Both the position numbers and the translations under genes were made by a program. This document shows, piece by piece, positions 35,658 to 41,188 of a DNA stretch of 41,188 nt. The stretch comes from Octopus sinensis (lineage: Eukaryota), in assembly GCF_006345805.1 (NCBI RefSeq), contig NW_021835266.1:1-41188 (forward strand), read 5' to 3'. The notes under the pieces are model-generated. The model had not been told where the DNA came from, made no database searches, and worked only from the letters and a program-made list of their open reading frames with translations. The stretch's first letter is position 1; the number at the start of each line of letters is the position of its first letter.

Positions 35658-35804
35658 CAAAATATTGTCCAAGACGAAGTGGGGAAAATTGTGAAAGTAC
35701 AAAGACCTCGAAAGTGTAGTATTCATGATGTGGTGCATGAAGGTAAAAACACAGCAGTAGTAATTGCAGCATTGAGCATAATAAAAAGCATATGAAAAAA
35801 CGTA

Positions 35805-35987
35805 GAGCAGCAATAAGGGTGGAGCACCTGCAGAAAACAGCAGTTCTTAGAACAGCTCGAATACTCCGAATGGTGCCCGAAAAATAAGAGGTGTTACCTT
35901 AGTTCACTGGTAGTAAAAAAGCTGACACCAAAGTACATCTCCAGCGTTAGAAGCTGTGCAAAGGCGAAAATAATAATAATAATAATA
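35805..35987 (+). mobile_element. Short 3' end of an R4/Dong-like element, same subfamily as 17093-17935
   Basis: GCAATAAGGGTGGAGCAC...CCTTAGTTCACTG...CCAGCGTTAGAAGCTGTGCAAAGGC is followed by (TAA)n. Confidence 0.82.
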
Positions 35988-36197
35988 TTTTCCGATTAGG
36001 CAGAATGTGTGCAGAAGTGTAGTCGATGCTATCAGCCTCATTACATTGGTGGAACCGTATTTTGTTGTCCCCAGCATTAGAAAAGGTCAAACTCATCTAG
36101 GTTAGACAAGAAGAGTATGAGACGAAATAAATTCACAAGCCATTTTGTCTGACGCTCAAAAGATAGTTTCCAAACCGCTACCTTAATAGTGATGATG

Positions 36198-36229
<32 letters not shown>

Positions 36230-36240
36230 GGTGATGATGG

Positions 36241-36287
<47 letters not shown>

Positions 36288-36967
36288 GAGTATCATAGCG
36301 ATAATATCAATTATAATATTGGTGATGGTTATTTAAATAAAAATAAAATTATTCTTCAAATTATTATACCTATTTCCTCTCATATCATTATGATAATATT
36401 AAACATATTCTCAGAATGGTAAAAAATCAACGATAATAAAAATCAACATCTAAAGATGGTAATGAGAATCAAAAATATGAAAATAAGGTAATGATATACG
36501 TAAAAAAATAATTCAAATTATTTCTAGCTAAATGATATATAAATAATATCTGACAACAAAAACTCATAATGACACCGATATTACAAATAACCCCTGTGAT
36601 ATATTTCAAAATATATTCTGTATTGTATTGAAACGAGAAATACAAAATAGATGAAATACAAAATAAAATGACATAAAATATATAATAACTAAGCAAAAAT
36701 ATATAAAATTAATGAAATCCACAGAAGAATGAGATGACTGTCACAGTGATGTGTAAGTGTACTCAGTCAAATTTTTAAGTATTCATTACTAGACTATATT
36801 AGAACCAAAACGTCAACTGAACAAAATATATTGACTTCTTATACGACCGAAACAGTCTACTAGAAAAAAGAAATGGAAATTTAAATTGGTGGTTTTGTAT
36901 AAAAGCTGTTGAAATGGAAAATTTATGAGGAAAGATGAGTAGCAGTAGTAGTAGTAATGATATAATA

Positions 36968-37010
<43 letters not shown>

Positions 37011-37023
37011 ATGTGTGTATATA

Positions 37024-37084
<61 letters not shown>

Positions 37085-37087
37085 ACG

Positions 37088-37131
<44 letters not shown>

Positions 37132-37137
37132 TAATAA

Positions 37138-38141
37138 CCTTGAATCAGATGAAGAGCCGGAAACGACTGCTACCAAGCAAGCAAAGCGAATGGAGCAGAC
37201 TGCAAAAAAGAACGGGCAGAATCAAATTGAGAGGCGGTGGAGCCAGAAGCCTCTACATGGACAATATATTCTCCGAAGCCAAAATGTTGATGTAGACCAA
37301 GCAACAACTCATCAGTGGCTGAAGAGTTCAGGATTGAAAGCAGAGACTGAAGGCTTCATACTGGCAGCACAAGATCAAAGCTTGTTTACCAGAAATTACC
37401 AGGCTAACGTTCTCCGAAACGGTACTGACCCTAAATGCAGATTCTGCGACACATTTGACGAAACAATAGACCATCTCGTTTCGAGATGTCTTGTGCTGAC
37501 ACCAAACGAATACAAAAATCGCCACGATAGGGTAGGACAGCATATACATTGGAAGATATGTAAAGACTACAAATTCGGCACTCCTGCTAACTGGTATGAA
37601 CATCATCCGCAGCCAGTTGTTGAAGGTAAAAATGTCACCATCCTCTGGCGTTTTCCAGTCATCACTGACAGAACGACCAGACATAATTGTTAAAGACAGG
37701 GAAGAAAATACCTGCAGACTAATAGAGGTAAGCGTCCCCACTGATAAAAATATATCTGTAAAGGAATTTGACAAACTTAGTAAATATAAGGACCTGGAAA
37801 TCGAAATACAAAAGATGTGGAATCTTAAAACAAAAACTGTTCCTGTTATTGTAGGTGCCCTAGGTATGATAAAAAAGGGATGTCAGAAACACCTAGACAA
37901 TATCCCTGGAGAATCATGTCTCAACGAAATCCAAAAGATTGTGCTAACAAGTATTGCCCACATCCTTAGAAAAACCCTATCAATGTAAATGTTTGTGTTG
38001 TATTACATGGAGATATTTCTCTACTTCCCCTCCCCAAGCTTTCAGCTATATTTCAACAACTCTTAACCCTCACTTGCCCTAGGGCGCTGGGTCTGCCCCG
38101 GCAAGTGATTGCATCAAACATGCAGATTAAAAGTAAATGAC
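37138..38141 (+). mobile_element. 5'-truncated R4/Dong-like RLE non-LTR retrotransposon within (TAA)n
   Basis: ORFs 37190-37693 and 37596-37988 give WSQKPLHGQY, LKAETEGFILAAQDQSL, the zinc knuckle CRFC...ETIDHLVSRC, RHDRV and PDIIVKDREENTCRLIEVSVP...KLSKYKDL...VPVIVGALG. A deletion frameshift falls near TDRT/RPD. (TAA)n flanks both sides. Confidence 0.92.
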
Positions 38142-38222
<81 letters not shown>

Positions 38223-38501
38223 TATTACCTACGTGTTAAAAAGTGAAGTAAAAGACTCGAGGAATTTCTTGTTTTCCGCTCTTACAGAATTAACCGCAGA
38301 AATTGCAAACGATATCTCTGAGAAGTGAATTGGAAATAATAATTACAATGGTTGTTGTTTTGATTTAGATACCAGACTAGCGGTTAATCGATGCCGCCGA
38401 TAACCCCGTACTAGAGGTCCACACCTAGTCTCGATCCCAGAGCGAGGAAAAGAGGACACTGATCTTGCTGGAATTCGAGCTCAGAAAATACAGGACCAGA
38501 A

Positions 38502-39008
38502 TTACACACTAAGGGACATTTTTGCCTTCCGTTCACAATCATAATTCTTTACTTTGAGAATAACTAGAGACGTTTCTCAAAAGGAACTTCAAAATAAATA
38601 TTGTTTTCAATGTCTGTGGGTGAAAAGAGCTTTCAAAGTGGGTGACCGCCGAATATAACTGGTATTATTTACACACTAAGGGACATTTTTGCCTTCCGTT
38701 CACAATCATCATTCTTTACTTTGAGAGTAACTAGAAACTTTTCTCAAAAGGAACTTCAAAATAAATATTGTTTTCAATGTCTGTGGGAGAAAAGAGCTTT
38801 TAAAGAGGGTAACCGCCGAATATAACTGGTATTATTTACACACTAAGGAACATTTTTGCCTTCCGTTCACAATCATAATTCTTTACTTTGAGATTAATTA
38901 ACTAGAGACTTTTCTCAAAATGAACTTCAAAATAAATATAGTTTTCAATGTCTGTGGGTGAAAAGAGCTTTTAAAGAGGGTGACCGCCGAATATAACAGG
39001 TATTATTT
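38502..39008. repeat. Three tandem copies of a 167-bp unit
   Basis: TTACACACTAAGG starts at 38502, 38669 and 38836. The copies are near-identical, and the third carries a small insertion. Confidence 0.93.
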
Positions 39009-40319
39009 CATATATGAACGGAACGAATTTCTTTAAGATGTTTAGTGCATCATTTATATTTTGATCATATCTGCGACAGCGACAGCTTTAATGTTACTAA
39101 TAGCAATTATAACGGAAAAATCAGAACAAAAAAAAAATCAAACAAAAGCCATCGATTAGTTGATGAAAGGATAATTTAGACAGTTCAAAATCAATAAATG
39201 GTATGAAAGAGAACCAATCAAATCAAAGAAAACAAACCATTATAGAAAGTATCCAGTTATCACGTCTTCAATAATTTCGATTTGATTTGAATTAGAAAAT
39301 TTCGACAGAAATTAGGAATAAATTCTATTTCGATTAAATTCATTATGCGGAAATACAAGCGGACACAATAAATTGAGCGTCAAAAGTGCATAAAAGTTAA
39401 ATCTTGTAATAAACGGATGAATACATGTCTAAATCTTCAAATTAGAATAGGTCGAGTACGGAGCAAAGTTGTAGTTCAACAATGAGTTGCTGTTGAAAGA
39501 TGGTAGAGCAGAGCCGTGTGCGTCGTATAATTGCGAACCAATAGTTTTCAAGCTCCTAAAATGAAACAATACCAGTCACTAAGTATGTTGATCAGAAACA
39601 TGCTTCAAACTGATTTTCACAGCCACGAAGTCGTTATTAAATCTACTTAATGTTGTGAGTTAATAAATTTTCGTTAATTAGAATTAAGCCGGTGGCGGGG
39701 AGAGAGATATTTTCATAAGTGCAATTATCGGATGTATTCTTTGCATTAACAGCGCTACAATAGCCGTTTAAAAGATTATCACTCTCGACAATATCGCCTG
39801 TCCACTGCTATCAAAGTTAGTAATAATTTCGAAATTGACTAAATGATTCTTACTGGGATATGATTATAATAAACCAAGAATGAAAACCATGGAGTTACTC
39901 ATTTGACCTGCTAGAAGTAGCAGAGAAATTTCCGCAAAAATCACCAAACGGTATTTAAACAGGCCCTTGTGTATATATGTTAGATATTAATAATAATATA
40001 TTATTAAAAGAATATATATATATATACGGTATAAGCAATTAAGATTCCAGTGAGTTCAGTTGAATTCACATGAATATGGTACTTAACTTAGATGCACCAG
40101 AAATCTATATGGTGTTAACCATACGACAATGCGGGGTGATTATAAATAGGAAAAAAGCAAATGGATCAATATTTCGGTACAATTGTTTCGTACGAAGACA
40201 GCTTTATTAAGGCTACAAAAATTGCAGTAAATATAAGTGACACGTACTCACCAGCCGAAAAAACATCTGAGATCTCCAAACATCAAAGGGGGTGATGTTA
40301 CACTCGTGAAACATCATGG

Positions 40320-40363
<44 letters not shown>

Positions 40364-40595
40364 TATATATATATATATATATATATACAGTTGTGTCTGG
40401 GGAGAGTCATTCCCTTATTATTTAACATACTCACCGGTAAAATTTCCACTTATATCATATTTTTATTCTCTAAAATTTTCGTTGCGTGTTGCAACCTTTT
40501 CAGTAGTCAGACACAACAGAATATGCTTCAACACACGAGCTTATATAAAGAATCTTGCAAACCAAATCCAAAAACGAAATATACTATATATATAT

Positions 40596-40629
<34 letters not shown>

Positions 40630-40769
40630 ATTATATATATATATATACATATATATTTATTATATTATATTATATTATATTATATATAAATGTATGTGTG
40701 TATACGTGCGCTCTGTGTGTGTCCGTGTATATATGTAGCTATGTATGTACATGTCTACACATGTGTGTA

Positions 40770-41060
40770 TGTCACCGCTTCACAACCGTTGTTGATCCGT
40801 CTACCTCCCCGCATGTTAGTGATTTGGCGGGAAAAGACGATAAAATTGCGTACCAGACATGAAACTAAGAACCATGGTCGATTTGTTCGCGAAAATGTTT
40901 CAAGGCTGTCCAACGACTGTGTTGCAACTAACGAAAGAATTAAAATACATGCGCTATATAATAAAATAACTCAAATTTAGATGGGTGTGTCACTCCGTGG
41001 AACTGAACCTGGAACGATGTTATTGGGGAGAAAACTTCTTACCACACACCCACGCCTATC
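40770..41060. mobile_element. Old SINE family B fragments: 3' body on + at ~40770-40915 and head on - at ~40985-41060
   Basis: Degenerate matches to the family B body (CACAACCGTTGTTG..., GTCGATTTGTTCG) and head (GAACTGAACCTGGAAC...CTTACCACACACCCACGCCT). Confidence 0.65.
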
Positions 41061-41188
41061 CATATACATATAAATGTTAGAAACAGTTTGCAAGAAAATA
41101 TTTGCGAAAATATTCAACAAAATAGTATCAGGAGTTCAATAAAAATCATGTTTGTATGGTAGTATATATATATATATATATATATATA

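Noticed and set aside
39643-39807. 54-codon minus-strand frame with three N-glycosylation sequons
   Set aside because: There is no good donor before the stop and no recognised homology, so it may be chance.

Overview
AT-rich, repeat-dominated eukaryotic DNA with no intact long gene. Nearly all long ORFs in the track come from microsatellites or a minisatellite. The two main tRNA-derived SINE families look like octopus SINEs as I recall them, so the source is probably an octopod (inference, not a database result). Repeats supported by the sequence: (1) a tRNA-SINE ('family A') present as monomers, dimers, a trimer and a ~14-unit, 184-bp head-to-tail array at 3481-6075, all joined at one fixed junction; (2) a CORE-type tRNA-SINE ('family B') with an internal microsatellite; (3) decayed LINE fragments from RTE, CR1 and several R4/Dong-like RLE elements abutting (TAA)n; (4) a mariner relic; (5) two Penelope-like termini, one with a near-intact minimal hammerhead ribozyme motif; (6) several MITE-like inverted repeats, a 33/34-bp minisatellite and a 3x167-bp tandem repeat. 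Two non-repeat signals stand out. A perfect RFX X-box palindrome, a CCAAT box and an exact PBX-PREP/MEIS decamer lie within 37 bp at ~32.2 kb. Three phase-compatible minus-strand candidate exons may belong to a host gene I cannot identify. No bacterial-type system, CRISPR array, rRNA or true tRNA gene is supported.
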